From Dehalococcoidia bacterium (GTDB taxonomy: Bacteria > Chloroflexota > Dehalococcoidia > Plut-88900): a stretch of DNA of 64,000 nucleotides. Position numbers and translations under genes: made by a program. Under the pieces are notes generated by a model that had not been told where the DNA came from, ran no database searches, and saw nothing but the letters and a program-made list of their open reading frames with translations. The DNA lies in assembly GCA_965197645.1 (NCBI GenBank), contig OZ240219.1, positions 1,376,001 through 1,440,000 of the forward strand. Reading direction: 5' to 3'. This document shows, in pieces, positions 9,143 through 19,378 of this stretch. Every line of letters starts with the position of its first letter. Position 1 is the stretch's first letter.

Positions 9143-9519
9143 TGCACTCGTTCGGTAGATGGGTGACACATGAGGCCTTTGTTTGACTTGTATTGATGAT
9201 GGAGGAACCGAAGGGGAGTGAGGTAGCCGAGGGGCTGGCTGGGGCGTACGGTATTGTAGACCTCCTCCCAGTTGCGAAGGGCCTGGTTGAGAGGGCCCAT
9301 ATCCGGGTCGCCGTAGATCTCATAGAACTCCTCCGTGTGGGTGCGCTGGGCCATTTCCACATGGCCATTAAGCTTGGGAGAGCGGGGAGGAAGTACGAAG
9401 AGACGTAGCCCCAGCTCCTTGCAGGCATCTTCGCCCTGCTTACTGTACCGCTTGCTATCCTCATCATGACACCATTCCAGGTGCCACCTATCTTTCTGAA
9501 CGAGGTCAGACTCTTCCAA
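9143..9519 (-). pseudogene. Degraded IS481-family transposase (integrase core remnant with right end)
   Basis: LFVLPPRSPKLNGHVE..QRTHTEEFY...YNTVRP...LGYLTP; N-terminus missing; end-like TGTCACCCATCTACCGAACGAGTGCA. Confidence 0.75.
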
Positions 9520-9720
9520 GAATGGCCGCCGAGGAGATGTCCATCTCAGTACCCCATCGAGGAGTCCGGACAGTTTTCCTTCCTTCGATAGCAGCGCTCA
9601 GTCCAGTACCCGTCTATCACCGAAAGGGTGGGCCGCGCGTCTCGGTCGCGAGGGGAATACCGTCCGGCGCTAGTGCCGGTGGAGTGGCTGGCTCCCGCCG
9701 GGAGCCCCTAAGGTCTCTTT

Positions 9721-9879
9721 TCAACATCCAGCCTGTGCAGGGTGCCCGCAGCAGAGGCGCCGGTGCCTAAATCTCATCAGTATGTTCCGGGGCACCAGCC
9801 AAACCCGAGCGTACCACGGCCCTGGGTCGGCCCATAGTAGTCTGAGGAATCCGGGTATCGCGCGCAGCAGGGCGAGCAT
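9721..9879 (-). CDS. Small Cys-rich protein (52 aa), absent from the ORF track; TGA may be selenocysteine
   Basis: MLALLRAIPGFLRLLWADPGPWYARVWLVPRNILMRFRHRRLCCGHPAQAGC*; extended -10 TGaTATACT 6 nt before ATG. Confidence 0.7.
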   Translation of the reverse strand: MLALLRAIPGFLRLLWADPGPWYARVWLVPRNILMRFRHRRLCCGHPAQAGC

Positions 9880-9974
9880 GTCAACAGTATATCAGAGGCT
9901 TAGGTGAGAGTATCGTGACAACGTTGTCGAAGTGTTAGAATTGGGGCTCGCAGAGTACCGAGAAGGGAGACCAC

Positions 9975-10826
9975 ATGGCGATCAAGATAGTTACCGATAG
10001 CGTGTCCGACCTACCCCCCTCAGTGGTGCAGGCCAACGACATCACCGTGGTGCCCCTGTACGTCGCCATCGGAAGCGAGACCTACAAAGACGGTGTTGAT
10101 ATGGACGCCGATCGCTTCTATTCCCTCCTGCAGGAGCTTCCCCAGCTGCCCACGACGTCCCAACCCTCCGCTGCCGATTTCGAGGAGGTCTACCGGCCGC
10201 TGGTGGACGAGGGACACCAGATAGTGTCGGTTCACATAAGCTCCAAGCTCAGCGGCACGGTCAACTCCGCCCTCCAGGCCAAGGAGTCGATGGGGGAGGA
10301 AGCCCAGATTGAGATCGTGGACTCCGAGCTTGCCGGGGGCGCCCTGGGGTTGCTTGCGCTCAACGCTGCCCGATGGGCCAAGGAGATGTCCGACCATGGT
10401 GAACTGGCGCAGCGGGTACGCCAGTCGATCCCGAAAAACCTCGCGTTCGTGGTGATCGACACCCTGAAGTACCTGGAAAAAGGCGGGCGCATCGGCAAGG
10501 CCCAGGCTTTCCTCGGCGGGGTGCTCCAGTTCAAGCCCATACTGAGCGTCAGAGATGGCGAGGTCCACCCGGTGGAGCGTCCCCGAACCCGCAGGCGGGC
10601 ATTGGCCAGGATCGTCGAGCTGGTGCGCGGGATGGCCCCAATTAGCCAGATGCACATAAGCCACAGCACAGGCCCGGACGACGCCCAAGCCGTCCGCGAT
10701 CAGCTGGCAGACCTGGTGGAGCCTGAGCACATCATCGAGTCCCGGTTCGGCCCGGTCCTGGGCACACATCTCGGCCCCAACACCATCGGGGTGGGGCTCA
10801 CCCGCGGGGACGCTGAGGACAAGTAG
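9975..10826 (+). CDS. DegV family fatty-acid-binding protein
   Basis: IVTDS, TTSQPS, ISSKLSGT, YLEKGGRIG, THLGP motifs. Confidence 0.95.
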   Translation: MAIKIVTDSVSDLPPSVVQANDITVVPLYVAIGSETYKDGVDMDADRFYSLLQELPQLPTTSQPSAADFEEVYRPLVDEGHQIVSVHISSKLSGTVNSALQAKESMGEEAQIEIVDSELAGGALGLLALNAARWAKEMSDHGELAQRVRQSIPKNLAFVVIDTLKYLEKGGRIGKAQAFLGGVLQFKPILSVRDGEVHPVERPRTRRRALARIVELVRGMAPISQMHISHSTGPDDAQAVRDQLADLVEPEHIIESRFGPVLGTHLGPNTIGVGLTRGDAEDK

Positions 10827-11165
10827 CCGCGGCTTGACTTGCGCGGTTGATGTACTTCAATAAGTCGTCGGCTATCCGGACACGCGAATTGCCGTGAGTT
10901 CCTCTGCGTTCGACTGCGCCGTGGGCCTATCCACGTGAATATCTGGGTCACGGGATGACACCCACCTCTCGGAGAAACCGTGTCACCGGGACCGCCCGTC
11001 AACTTCGACCAGTGAGATCCCCCCGACTAGAAGCCGCCTGGTAGGACTGGGTCTACCGTCGGCTTCAGGTCCAGAACGAACCCCGGAATATAATATGGCC
11101 GTAGCAGCCCTCATAATAGGAGTACGGTGAAGGACGTACAGCTCGGTACGAGGTGAAAGATAGCG

Positions 11166-11900
11166 GTGAAGCTTTTCCGGAGCCGGCTGGCAAAAGGCAT
11201 AGTCGCCCTGGCAATGGTGACAGCGCTGGGCATCGCGGGGTACATGCTGATCGAAGGATGGTCGCTCCTTGATTCCGCCTACATGACCATTCTCACGTTC
11301 ACAACGGTAGGCTACGAGGAGGTGCACCCCCTCTCATCGGGCGGCCGTATCTTCACCATCTTCTTAATGATAGCCGGTGTAGGGGTGATGCTCTATGTCC
11401 TGACCACCATTGTCAATCTGGCGGTAGCGCATGAAGTTGTGGAGTACTTCATCCGGAGGCGTAGAAGGAGGGCGCACATGGCAAAGCTCAACGGTCACTT
11501 CATAGTATGCGGCGCTGGACGCGTCGGGATGTCGGTTGCTTACACACTCCGAAAGGAGTCGGTGCCGTTGATCGTGCTGGACAAGCATGCCGAATCGTTG
11601 GCGGAGGCTGAGGAGCAGGGCATGCTGTGCCTGCAGGGTGACGCTACCAGGGATGCCGACCTGCTATCCGCTCAGATAGACAAGGCGGCCGGGCTTGTGG
11701 CAGCCACGGGCGATGACAGTGAAAACGTCTACATATCCCTGACGGCTAGGGGACTGAACCCCGGCCTGCACGTGGTGGCGCGGGCTTCCCGCGTCGAAGC
11801 TGAGGAAAAGCTGCGGAGGGCTGGAGCGGACAGGGTGGTATCCCCGTATGCGATAGGGGGTAGAGAGATGGCGCTCTCCGCGATGCAGAGGACCCGGTAG
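11166..11900 (+). CDS. Potassium channel protein (2TM pore + TrkA-N/RCK domain)
   Basis: TTVGY pore motif, then HFIVCGAGRVG Rossmann and GDAT motifs. Confidence 0.9.
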   Translation: MKLFRSRLAKGIVALAMVTALGIAGYMLIEGWSLLDSAYMTILTFTTVGYEEVHPLSSGGRIFTIFLMIAGVGVMLYVLTTIVNLAVAHEVVEYFIRRRRRRAHMAKLNGHFIVCGAGRVGMSVAYTLRKESVPLIVLDKHAESLAEAEEQGMLCLQGDATRDADLLSAQIDKAAGLVAATGDDSENVYISLTARGLNPGLHVVARASRVEAEEKLRRAGADRVVSPYAIGGREMALSAMQRTR

Positions 11901-11984
11901 GCGTTCCCGTTGCCGGACGACGGGTCCACGCCCCCTCTTCGATAACCGTCTCGGCGTTGCCGCCCAAGAACTTCTCGTCTATGG

Positions 11985-14900
11985 CTACTCCTCTTCAGGG
12001 AACAGCACCACCCGGATGTAGTTGTCGTCAACCAGGTAGCGCTGAGCGGCGGCGGCTACATGCTCCAGGGTCAACTCCTCCAGCCGATCATCGAAGCCAA
12101 CTATCTCCATGAACGGTTCACCCTGCTGTGCGGCGGTCTGGATCTGATTGAGCCAGAAGCCGTTTTCCCGCAGCCGTTCCTCCCGGTTGGTGCGCAGAAG
12201 CTCCTTGACTTTATCCAGGTATTCCTGCTCGCCTCCCGCCCGCAGCCAGTCCACTTCTTCCAACACCTCTTCGAAGAGCTCTTCGGTGCGGGTAGGGTCG
12301 CTGCCGAAGATGATGGCGACCAGGTACTCGGGATCCGGCAGTCTAGACCCGCCGGCATCGACGAAGATGCTATAGGTGCCGCCAAGCGCCTCCCGGATTC
12401 GCTCGCGGAGACGGATGCCGAGCATCTCCCCCGCCACATTGAGGGTCAGGGCTTCCTGCCGGCTCCACTTCATATCTCCGGCAAAGACCACCACGGTGTT
12501 GCTTCGCGGCTCGATGCCGCTGCGGACAGTCTGGTCGATTATGCCCGTCGGCGGGTCGATCCCCACGTCTTCCCACTCCTCGGCGCGCCCGGTTGCCGGC
12601 AAGCTGGCCAGGTAGGTAGCGGTCAACGAACGCAGGTTTTCCCAGTCGAAGGCGCCCACGAAAACGAAGGTAGCGTCGCCCATGTCCGCAAATCGGTCGG
12701 TGTACACAGCTTCCGCTCGTTCCAGGCTCAGCTCCTCCAACAGTTCGACGGTGAGTGGCCGACCACGGAAGTGGTTCTGGCTGCGTAAAGTATTGACGGT
12801 GTCGAAGAGGACGCCGTCCGGCTGGGCCGCTCGAGTCTCGGCGATGCTGCGCAGTCTCGCTTCGTACTGTGCGAAGACGGTCGGATCCAGCCGTGGTGCG
12901 GTCGCATACAGAGTAATCAGCTGGAATAGGGTCTCCAGGTCTTCCGGGGAGGCGCTGCCGCCAAAGCCTTCAAACAACTCTCCAATGTAAGGGGACACCG
13001 AGACCACTTTGCCGGCCAACAGCTTCTCCAGGGCCACGTTGTCGTGCGGCCCCACGCCGCTGCCGGCGGCCAAAGCGGCGGCGTAAAGAGCGGACACGTG
13101 GTCCTCGTCTGTGACCAACGAGTGCCCGCCAGGACTGAAGGCCGCAAATTCCACCTCATCGTCCCGGAAGTCGGTCTGCTTGGCGATCACGGTTATCCCG
13201 TTGGACAACGTCCATCTTTCGGCGTCGATAGACTCAATTTGCTCTTCACTGGTGATGCTCCCGGGAGTCGGAAGCGTTGCCAGCAGCGGGACATCGCCAA
13301 GGACGTCTACATAGGCATCCAACTCGAGGGTGTCGGCCGCCTCGATTCGCGCCAGGGCAACCGCGGTCAGCCCGCCATCCGAACCGGCCTCGGTCTCTTC
13401 GGGTCGGACGACCAGAAGCGCCGTGTCCTCTGACTTCGTCCAAGACTCCACCACTGCATCGAACTCCGCCAAAGAGATCTGCGGCAGGACCTCCTGGTAC
13501 AAGGCCCACTCAGCCTCGATGCCGGGGACCGGTATGCCTTTGAAAAAGTGGTTGACGTACCTGTTGGCCAGGTTCGCCGACAACGTTTGGTCACGTTGCT
13601 TGTACAAGCTCTCCACCGAGCTCAGCAGGTTGGCCTTCTCTCGAGTCAGCTCTCCACCGGTAAATCCGTGCTGGCTAACCCGCTGAATTTCCTCAAGCAT
13701 CGCCTCCAGCCCACGCTCTATCCCGTCCGGTTCCACCCACCCACCGAACGTCAGAATGTCCAACGGTTCCACATACCCGGAACGGCCTGCGCTAGCTGAC
13801 AGGTAAGGGGGATCTTCTGACTGGCCCCGCTCGAACAACCGGGAGTTCAGCATCATGAATGCGAGCGTTTCCGCAACGTAGCTCCGAAAAGCCGTCAGGT
13901 CTCGACCCGTGTCGGGGGCAAGCTTTCGGATAAGTACGAACTGGGAACCGGGCGACTCCGAATCGGTGAACACTTCGATGCGCGGCGTCTCGTGGCGTTC
14001 GAAGTCGAAGCCCGGCCTATCACTGGCAGACGCCGCGACAGCGGCGCTCGGTTGGTTGGCCTCGCCCTCCGGCGGCGGAGCAAAGTGCTGCTTCACCTTG
14101 GCCTCTATCAGCTCTACGTCGAAGTCGCCGACGACGATTACGGCCATCAGGTCAGGCCTGTACCAACGCTCGTAGAAAGCCCGAAGCTGTTCTACGGGCG
14201 CGGTCTCGATGACCTCCGGCAGGCCTATGGGAGTCCTCTGGCCATAGAGCGAGGAGCCGAAGAGCAGTTGGAACAAACTGTCCTCCAGGCGCGAACCGAA
14301 ACCCTGGTACAGGCGCCACTCCTCCATCACGACATCCCGCTCCAGCTCAACCTCCTCCGGGTCGAAGGAGATTGCGTAGGCCCAATCGCTGAGAATCTGG
14401 AAGGCGGTCTCGGTGATCACGGGATCATCGGTCGGAATCTCCAGATAGTACAGGGTGTCATCGAAGCTGGTCCTTGCGTTCAGGTCGGGACCAAAGCCGC
14501 TGCCAATGGACTCGAGGTAGTCGACGATCTCCTGCTTGGCGAAGCGCTCCGTACCATTGAACGCCATGTGCTCTACGAAGTGAGCCAGCCCCCGCTGCTC
14601 CTCCTCTTCATGGACCGAGCCGGCCCTAACAGCCAGCATCAACTGTGCCCTATCGCGGGGTTCCTCGTTGTGCCTGATGTAGTAGCTGAGGCCGTTGGAA
14701 AGGGTGCCGCGAACCACAGAGGGATCAAAGTCCAGAGGCTCATCGACCTCCGGTTCCGGAGCGGCTGTTGCCATGAGTTCCGGCGCCGGAGTGGATACTG
14801 GTGTAGGAGTGGCCGTAGGCTCCGGGCTCGCAGTGGGCGCGGCCTCCGGACTGGAAAGGGGAGTAGGCACCGCCGGAGTGGCTGTGGGTTCTGGGTCTGC

Positions 14901-15002
14901 CGTAGGCGTCGGCTGTGAGTCGCACGCTATCAGCGTCGCCAACATCAGCACGATACAGGCAACGATTAATACCGATTTCCGATTAACAGTAATGTGTTTC
15001 AT
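11985..15002 (-). CDS. M16 family zinc peptidase (PqqL-like), probable lipoprotein
   Basis: HFVEHMAFNGT inverted zincin motif, LNARTSFD, RERIRE...YS; LIAC lipobox and Pro/Thr linker; start taken at ATG 15002. Confidence 0.92.
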   Translation of the reverse strand: MKHITVNRKSVLIVACIVLMLATLIACDSQPTPTADPEPTATPAVPTPLSSPEAAPTASPEPTATPTPVSTPAPELMATAAPEPEVDEPLDFDPSVVRGTLSNGLSYYIRHNEEPRDRAQLMLAVRAGSVHEEEEQRGLAHFVEHMAFNGTERFAKQEIVDYLESIGSGFGPDLNARTSFDDTLYYLEIPTDDPVITETAFQILSDWAYAISFDPEEVELERDVVMEEWRLYQGFGSRLEDSLFQLLFGSSLYGQRTPIGLPEVIETAPVEQLRAFYERWYRPDLMAVIVVGDFDVELIEAKVKQHFAPPPEGEANQPSAAVAASASDRPGFDFERHETPRIEVFTDSESPGSQFVLIRKLAPDTGRDLTAFRSYVAETLAFMMLNSRLFERGQSEDPPYLSASAGRSGYVEPLDILTFGGWVEPDGIERGLEAMLEEIQRVSQHGFTGGELTREKANLLSSVESLYKQRDQTLSANLANRYVNHFFKGIPVPGIEAEWALYQEVLPQISLAEFDAVVESWTKSEDTALLVVRPEETEAGSDGGLTAVALARIEAADTLELDAYVDVLGDVPLLATLPTPGSITSEEQIESIDAERWTLSNGITVIAKQTDFRDDEVEFAAFSPGGHSLVTDEDHVSALYAAALAAGSGVGPHDNVALEKLLAGKVVSVSPYIGELFEGFGGSASPEDLETLFQLITLYATAPRLDPTVFAQYEARLRSIAETRAAQPDGVLFDTVNTLRSQNHFRGRPLTVELLEELSLERAEAVYTDRFADMGDATFVFVGAFDWENLRSLTATYLASLPATGRAEEWEDVGIDPPTGIIDQTVRSGIEPRSNTVVVFAGDMKWSRQEALTLNVAGEMLGIRLRERIREALGGTYSIFVDAGGSRLPDPEYLVAIIFGSDPTRTEELFEEVLEEVDWLRAGGEQEYLDKVKELLRTNREERLRENGFWLNQIQTAAQQGEPFMEIVGFDDRLEELTLEHVAAAAQRYLVDDNYIRVVLFPEEE

Positions 15003-15235
15003 CTCTCGTCTTTCATCCTGGTCTGTTCGAAAAGGTTGCATCAGTAGGCGGGCAAACACGGTCGGACCGCGACCTTCAGACGTGCTCATAGAATCTGATA
15101 CGTCCAACCGCGCATCTCGAATATGTTACTGTCCACTGTCAAGGCACCCGCCCAACGGACCCGGCTTCTACCACAAAAACTCGCAAAGTGTTTATACTCT
15201 TCCCTCGAGAATCAATGGACTGAAAAGAGAGGGAA

Positions 15236-17668
15236 TTGAGCTTGTCTCAAAAGTACGGACGCCTTAGTCCCAACCACCCGCCCTCGGAAGGTTTTGTAGC
15301 TGGGGGAACATCCCCCAAGTCCCCTGCCAGAGGGAAGTTTCCCTCTGGACTCTCTCAAAGCAGGGTTCTGAGACAGGCTCAATTGAGTACCCACATAAAA
15401 CTACTGGCGGTAGCTGGGCTGATGGTCGTAGTCATCCTGGCAGCCGCGTGTCAAGGGGATGAAGCAGCCACACCCACCTCGACCGAGGCTCCGACGCCCA
15501 CCCCGACCCCAACACCCACCGCGGCCCCGACGGCCACGGCAGTTCCCACTCCTACACCTGCCGTCCAAGAACCTGGCCCCACCGACCGCTACTTTTCCAT
15601 GGACCGTGTTCTGGACATCGCCATCGAGATTGCGCCGGAGGACTGGGACACTCTGCGGCACCAGACCCGCACATTCGAGGACCTGATAGCTGAGATCGAG
15701 AAATACGGTCTCTCTCAACCGTTCGCCAGCATCTACACATGGTTCCCGGGCACGGTGACGGTGGACGGAGAGGTCTACACCGAAGTCGGCGTCCGCAAGA
15801 AGGGGTTCCTCGGCTCCCAGAGTGAGACCAAGCCCTCTCTCAAGCTCCGCTTCGACAAGTACGTAGAAGGGCAGGCCCTGGGCGGCGCCGTCGAGCGCAT
15901 GGCCTTGAACAACAGCATCCAGGACTCCTCGATGATCAACACCTGCCTGGCCTACCAGGTCTTCGCCGCCGCCGGGTCGCCGACCCCTCGCTGCAACTTC
16001 GCCACCGTTTCGGTAAATGGGAAGAACCTCGGCTTGTACGTTCACGTCGAGGAATACAAGTCCCCCTTCCTGGCGCGCCACTTCGCCAACGCCGAGGGCA
16101 ACCTGTACGAGGGAACGGTCAGCGATTTCACTCCTGAGTATCGCGGCACCTTCGAAAAGAAGACCAACGAAGACGCCGACGACTGGTCGGACATAGATGC
16201 CGTGGTCGCCGCGTTGCAAGACCCCTCCGCCGCAGGCCTGGAATCGCTGGCGGAGGCCGTCGACCTGGACCGCTTCCTGACCTTCTGGGCCACGGAGGTG
16301 CTGGTGGGCCATTGGGACGGATACTCCGGCGACCGCAATAACTACTACTTCTACCGGGAACCCGACGATCCCTTTGTGTTCATACCCGCGGGCGCAGATG
16401 ACGTCTTTCACCTGAAGGACGATCCCAACCCCTTCGACAACATCAGCGATCCTCCGCCGTCGGTGCTGGCCCTCGCCGCCATTCCCAACCGACTGTACCG
16501 GAATGATGATTGGCGGGCTAAATACGTCGCTCGCCTGAAAGAGCTGCTGGATACCGCCTGGAACGAAGAGTATCTGTTGGACAGCGTCGACGAAATGGCC
16601 ACCATCGTCCAGGAGCATGCACTGCCCGAAAGTCGGGCGGCAGCAGCCGCGGACGCTGAACGGGTGCGCCAGTTCATAATGAAACGGCGCGCCGAGATCC
16701 TGGACGACCTCACGCCCGAACCACCGGAATGGCCGGCGCCGGACCAATCCAACGTACCTTTGGGCGGGTTTGAGCCCGGCAACGTGGAACTGCACTTCGA
16801 GACCGATTGGGGGACCAACAGAAGCATCAATCCTTTCGGAGAGGGACAAATCACCTATCTGGCGCTGAACGGTATGGAACAGCACGTCACCGGCTGGGGC
16901 ATGATCGCCGGCGTTGCCAGCGCGGAAGAAAGGGATCTGCTGCCGGCCACTGCCGAGATAGCGTCTCTCGCGGCCCTCGTTATTAGACCCGACGGTTCCT
17001 TCGAGGGTTTCACCATCGCGGTGTCCATGGACCGGCTGTTCGGTGGCGCCATCCTGGTCATAGGTGAGGATGAGGTCGCCGGAGGCCGTTGGTCCATACC
17101 CGCCGGGTCTGCCGACCTGGACCGATTCTCACTGTTCACCGAAGGCCTGCTAGAGCTGGACGCTGCCGGCTCCGAACGCGGTGCGGCCATCACGGGACGT
17201 TTCTACGGGGCATGGGGTGGCGCGCAACTCCCCGGTGAAGGGGAAGGCACTGTCGCCATGGAAGTGGGCCTGGTCATCAATGAAATCGCCGCCAGTGGTG
17301 AGCCTCTGGACTGGGTCGAGCTCTACAACGCCTCGGAGTCCCACCTAGCCCTAGCCAACTTTGTGTTGTCCGACGACCTGCTGGATGCGGGAAAGCGGAC
17401 CGCATTCCCGGCTGACCTGGTAGTCCCGCCAGGCGGGTATCTACAGGTCGAGTTGGACAAGGAAAACTGGCCCGGCTTTGCCCTCGGTCAGGACGAGGAG
17501 CTGGGAATCTGGACGGCGGAAGGCAGCCTCGTCGATTCGGTTGATTGGGCCGATGGACAGGCCGGCGAGGGCTTGAGCTACGCCCGCGTTCCCGACGTTA
17601 CGGGAGACTTCCGTACCGTTAGCAACCCCACGCCGGGCCTACCGAATCAAGAACCGGCGTCGCAGTGA
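15236..17668 (+). CDS. CotH kinase family protein with C-terminal lamin-tail domain; first 49 codons derive from a MITE
   Basis: VGVRKKG, KPSLKLRFD, GLYVHVE, GNLYEG, HWDGY..NNYY; INEI...DWVELYN...PTPG LTD; AAAC lipobox. Confidence 0.88.
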   Translation: MSLSQKYGRLSPNHPPSEGFVAGGTSPKSPARGKFPSGLSQSRVLRQAQLSTHIKLLAVAGLMVVVILAAACQGDEAATPTSTEAPTPTPTPTPTAAPTATAVPTPTPAVQEPGPTDRYFSMDRVLDIAIEIAPEDWDTLRHQTRTFEDLIAEIEKYGLSQPFASIYTWFPGTVTVDGEVYTEVGVRKKGFLGSQSETKPSLKLRFDKYVEGQALGGAVERMALNNSIQDSSMINTCLAYQVFAAAGSPTPRCNFATVSVNGKNLGLYVHVEEYKSPFLARHFANAEGNLYEGTVSDFTPEYRGTFEKKTNEDADDWSDIDAVVAALQDPSAAGLESLAEAVDLDRFLTFWATEVLVGHWDGYSGDRNNYYFYREPDDPFVFIPAGADDVFHLKDDPNPFDNISDPPPSVLALAAIPNRLYRNDDWRAKYVARLKELLDTAWNEEYLLDSVDEMATIVQEHALPESRAAAAADAERVRQFIMKRRAEILDDLTPEPPEWPAPDQSNVPLGGFEPGNVELHFETDWGTNRSINPFGEGQITYLALNGMEQHVTGWGMIAGVASAEERDLLPATAEIASLAALVIRPDGSFEGFTIAVSMDRLFGGAILVIGEDEVAGGRWSIPAGSADLDRFSLFTEGLLELDAAGSERGAAITGRFYGAWGGAQLPGEGEGTVAMEVGLVINEIAASGEPLDWVELYNASESHLALANFVLSDDLLDAGKRTAFPADLVVPPGGYLQVELDKENWPGFALGQDEELGIWTAEGSLVDSVDWADGQAGEGLSYARVPDVTGDFRTVSNPTPGLPNQEPASQ
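15238..15380. mobile_element. MITE, 143 bp, family A copy 1
   Basis: TIRs GAGCTTGTCTCAAAA / TTCTGAGACAGGCTC; AATT duplicated at 15234-15237 and 15381-15384; internal hairpin CCAGAGGGAA-GT-TTCCCTCTGG. Confidence 0.85.
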
Positions 17669-17761
17669 GCCGGCGTTCACTTTGACGGAGGAAGGACAGA
17701 CGTCCCTGATAATCCAAAGTTTTGCCTGACAAGAGAGCCAGGTAAGCAAAGAAAGGACATC

Positions 17762-19378
17762 ATGGCATCCCTATACTTAAGTCGCCTATCCAACGAGGAA
17801 CGAACCGTCTTAGTAAAAAGCCTGCACGATTCCCAGAAGGAGAACTGTTTTATCTGCGGACTGGCCATCAATTTAGACTTACACGCTGACAGTCTCGACA
17901 TCGACCATATCGAGCCAACCAGTGCCGGTGGCAAAGATGGTCCAGAGAACTTCGCACTAACTCACGATTCCTGCAACCGGTCAAAACAAGCTAGTGACTT
18001 ACGGGTGGCCCGAGTGCTAGCTTCTTTTGATACCCTCGCACAGAAAATAGCAGATGAAAACCGATCCCCGAACCTCGGCGATGTCTTGGCACAACACGAA
18101 GGCAGTCTGTACAAACTGCCAATAACCATTAACGGGGATTCGATAGAAACAACTTTCTCAGACATCGGCCAGAATGAGGTGAAAGTCCTCCCAGTATATG
18201 AGGACGACATATCGGGTTTTCGTTCCTGTTTCATCAACCTTCCAATCGAGTACTTGCACCACGACGACCACATAAATCCAAGGGCGATTGGTAGCAATTT
18301 GAGGAAACTGGTGGTGGAGTTTCACAAGAAGCTCCCACAACTCCACATCTCCTTGGGGTGGGTCGACACCTCTCAAGGAAGCCGCGTCAAGGTCAAAATC
18401 TTCGACGGCCAGCACAAAGCCGCTGCACAAGTCCTGTTGGGTACCCGTAGCTTGCCGGTAAGGGTCTTTATCGATCCGGACACGGATGCACTCCTTACCG
18501 CTAACACCAATGCTGGCACCGTCTTACGCCAGGTCGCTTTTGACAAATCAGCGCAACGTAGCTTGGGAAGCTCCATACTGAGTAACAGGATTGACAGATA
18601 TCGCGTGGAGTTGGGCCTTGACTCTGACGACGAAAGTTTCTCAGAACGGGATCTGGTCAACCACTTCAAGGGCGAGGGACGGGAGATGCGGAGATACGTC
18701 CTCGACCGGGTGCGCGACGGCATAACCACTCACCCCGACAACAAGCTTCGCGACTACATCGAGTACGGAGGTCGAAACACGGGAAAACCTCTCAGCTATA
18801 GTACTGTCGAGAAAACCTTCTACCAGTTCTTCATCTACGGCAACGTGCTCACGACATCGTTCAACCACAGATTCCAGGAAGGTGCGAACCCGCGCCAACT
18901 GGAGATCGAACAAACTGTTAGACTGATGAACATCGTCGCCGATGAAATCTACATAGGACAATTTGACCCCACTCGGGGCACAGGCCGTATAGAGAGCGAT
19001 GTCCAGAGGGGGAAAGACATTGCAGAACCCCACCTCCGCGCTTTCAGGATGTCAAAGGAGGAGATAACCCACAACTGGTTACGGCTCGTACGACAAATCG
19101 TCTACCACTACTTCGTTACGACGGGAAAGCCGATTGACGAGAACAAGCTCTTCCAACAGCAAATCCCCGAAGCCTGTTGGAAGAACGTCGAGAATTTCAT
19201 TGATGCCTTGAAACGCCTCCCGTTGTGGGTCAACAAGGACCTCTCCCTCTCCGCCTTCGGTACCAAACGAACCAACGATTACTGGCACTCGATTTTTGAA
19301 AGTGGGAGCACGCCGGACGGTGGAGTGGTTATACTCTCGGGCCTGAACCTGTTGGAAATGATCAAAGGCCAAAACTAG
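17762..19378 (+). CDS. HNH endonuclease domain protein with a DGQH (ParB/DndB-like) domain
   Basis: CFIC...DIDHIEP..GGKD..ENFALTHDSCNRSK; IFDGQHK; AT-richer than flanks. Confidence 0.8.
   Translation: MASLYLSRLSNEERTVLVKSLHDSQKENCFICGLAINLDLHADSLDIDHIEPTSAGGKDGPENFALTHDSCNRSKQASDLRVARVLASFDTLAQKIADENRSPNLGDVLAQHEGSLYKLPITINGDSIETTFSDIGQNEVKVLPVYEDDISGFRSCFINLPIEYLHHDDHINPRAIGSNLRKLVVEFHKKLPQLHISLGWVDTSQGSRVKVKIFDGQHKAAAQVLLGTRSLPVRVFIDPDTDALLTANTNAGTVLRQVAFDKSAQRSLGSSILSNRIDRYRVELGLDSDDESFSERDLVNHFKGEGREMRRYVLDRVRDGITTHPDNKLRDYIEYGGRNTGKPLSYSTVEKTFYQFFIYGNVLTTSFNHRFQEGANPRQLEIEQTVRLMNIVADEIYIGQFDPTRGTGRIESDVQRGKDIAEPHLRAFRMSKEEITHNWLRLVRQIVYHYFVTTGKPIDENKLFQQQIPEACWKNVENFIDALKRLPLWVNKDLSLSAFGTKRTNDYWHSIFESGSTPDGGVVILSGLNLLEMIKGQN

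Noticed and set aside
9600-9660. T-box-like string AAGGGTGGGCCGCG
   Set aside because: It lacks the exact UGGNACC bulge, a recognizable stem I and an amino-acid-related downstream gene.
10827-11165. Possible riboswitch upstream of the K+ channel, or an excisionase remnant on the minus strand
   Set aside because: No c-di-AMP or other consensus recognized; the HTH-like peptide bits are short and in different frames.
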